From Nitrospiria bacterium (GTDB lineage Bacteria > Nitrospirota > UBA9217): a stretch of DNA of 64,000 nt. Under the pieces are notes generated by a model, which was not told where the DNA came from, searched no databases, and was given only the letters and a program-made list of their open reading frames with translations. This document shows, one piece after another, positions 63,710 through 64,000 of the stretch (within the stretch, counting starts at the first letter, position 1; each line of letters starts with the position of its first letter). A program made the translations under genes and the position numbers. The stretch is taken from the NCBI GenBank assembly GCA_919902495.1, contig CAKKRC010000041.1, positions 30,786 to 94,785 on the forward strand. The letters run 5' to 3'.

Positions 63710-64000
63710 TTAAGCTTTTGCAGATCTCTCACCCAGGTCCCCCACGATCTCCCTGAACTGCTCCAGCGCCGCCTCCAGGTCTTCAACGATCTCCTGGGCA
63801 ATTACATCGGGATCGGGGAGGTTGTCGGAGGCTTCGAGGGATTCGTCCTTGAGCCAGAAGATGTCGAGGCTGGCCTTGTCGCGGCTGATGAGTTCTTCAT
63901 AGGTATATGACCGCCAGCGGCCTTCATTACCCACTTCCTCTCCCTTCCGGGGAGAGGATTGAGGTGAGGGGGTGGACTTGCCTTTTTTCTTTCCCCCCTC
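63710..64000 (-). CDS. hsdM: type I restriction-modification methyltransferase subunit, C-terminal end (partial, runs off window)
   Basis: RWRSYTYEELISRDKASLDIFWLKDESLEASDNLPDPDVIAQEIVEDLEAALEQF is the conserved HsdM C-terminus. The frame stays open from 63934 to the window edge, so the 74-aa ORF in the track is not a real start. Confidence 0.6.
   Translation of the reverse strand, partial: EGGKKKGKSTPSPQSSPRKGEEVGNEGRWRSYTYEELISRDKASLDIFWLKDESLEASDNLPDPDVIAQEIVEDLEAALEQFREIVGDLGERSAKA
63936..63958. repeat. palindromic element TCCTCTCCC-TTCCG-GGGAGAGGA inside the hsdM reading frame
   Basis: 9-bp perfect stem. Translated in-frame as part of ...PSPQSSPRKGEE... Confidence 0.75.

Noticed and set aside
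63710-63934. Treating the 74-aa ORF as a free-standing HsdM C-terminal fragment or pseudogene.
   Set aside because: Reading upstream of the GTG at 63934 shows the frame stays open to position 64000. The gene may simply continue beyond the window, so truncation cannot be asserted from this sequence.
1-64000. Prophage, integrative element or genomic island bounded by tRNA and integrase.
   Set aside because: No tRNA, integrase, transposase or phage structural genes are visible. The only mobility hints are the MITE-like repeats and the ABC-2 gene remnant.

Overview
GC-rich chromosomal segment from a Gram-negative, cytochrome-rich, probably anaerobic or microaerophilic bacterium; taxon cannot be assigned from sequence alone. 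I support about 57 protein genes, mostly on the minus strand. I saw no rRNA, tRNA, CRISPR array, transposase, integrase or prophage genes. Five things stand out. (1) 2.8-17.3 kb holds two convergent units enriched in nitric-oxide, redox and metal sensing or detoxification genes: a cNOR-type NorCB with a diheme NorC, cytochrome c', a CheW interrupted by a CZB zinc domain, a c-heme/CopD-like/b5-like membrane protein, a CcoG-like FeS protein, a selenocysteine peroxiredoxin (in-frame TGA), a 20-Cys repeat protein, HPP plus CBS, a protoglobin-PsiE fusion, hemerythrin, ferredoxin, and a hybrid histidine kinase whose NarX-like periplasmic domain carries a CxxCH motif. (2) 43.1-51.0 kb holds a six-gene group-4 [NiFe]-hydrogenase-like membrane complex. 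Its large subunit has lost all four Ni-Fe cysteine ligands (Ehr-type, function unknown). (3) Intergenic and intercistronic gaps across the window contain several families of short structured repeats. The most unusual are hairpin elements whose arms are built from degenerate 7-9 nt tandem units. The unit sequence differs between copies while the architecture is kept, and some copies carry a conserved 14-nt core GCGCCTACTTTTGG. (4) Other clusters are a YbhGFSR-like ABC-2 exporter, RtcB-archease-AmmeMemoRadiSam radical SAM, three tandem c7-type triheme cytochromes, and an NtrC-type regulator. (5) The rest is housekeeping: hemA, glgB, glnE, rnr, queE, an mltD-like gene and an lpxL-family gene. All calls come from reading motifs in the supplied translations and the DNA; no database search was run.
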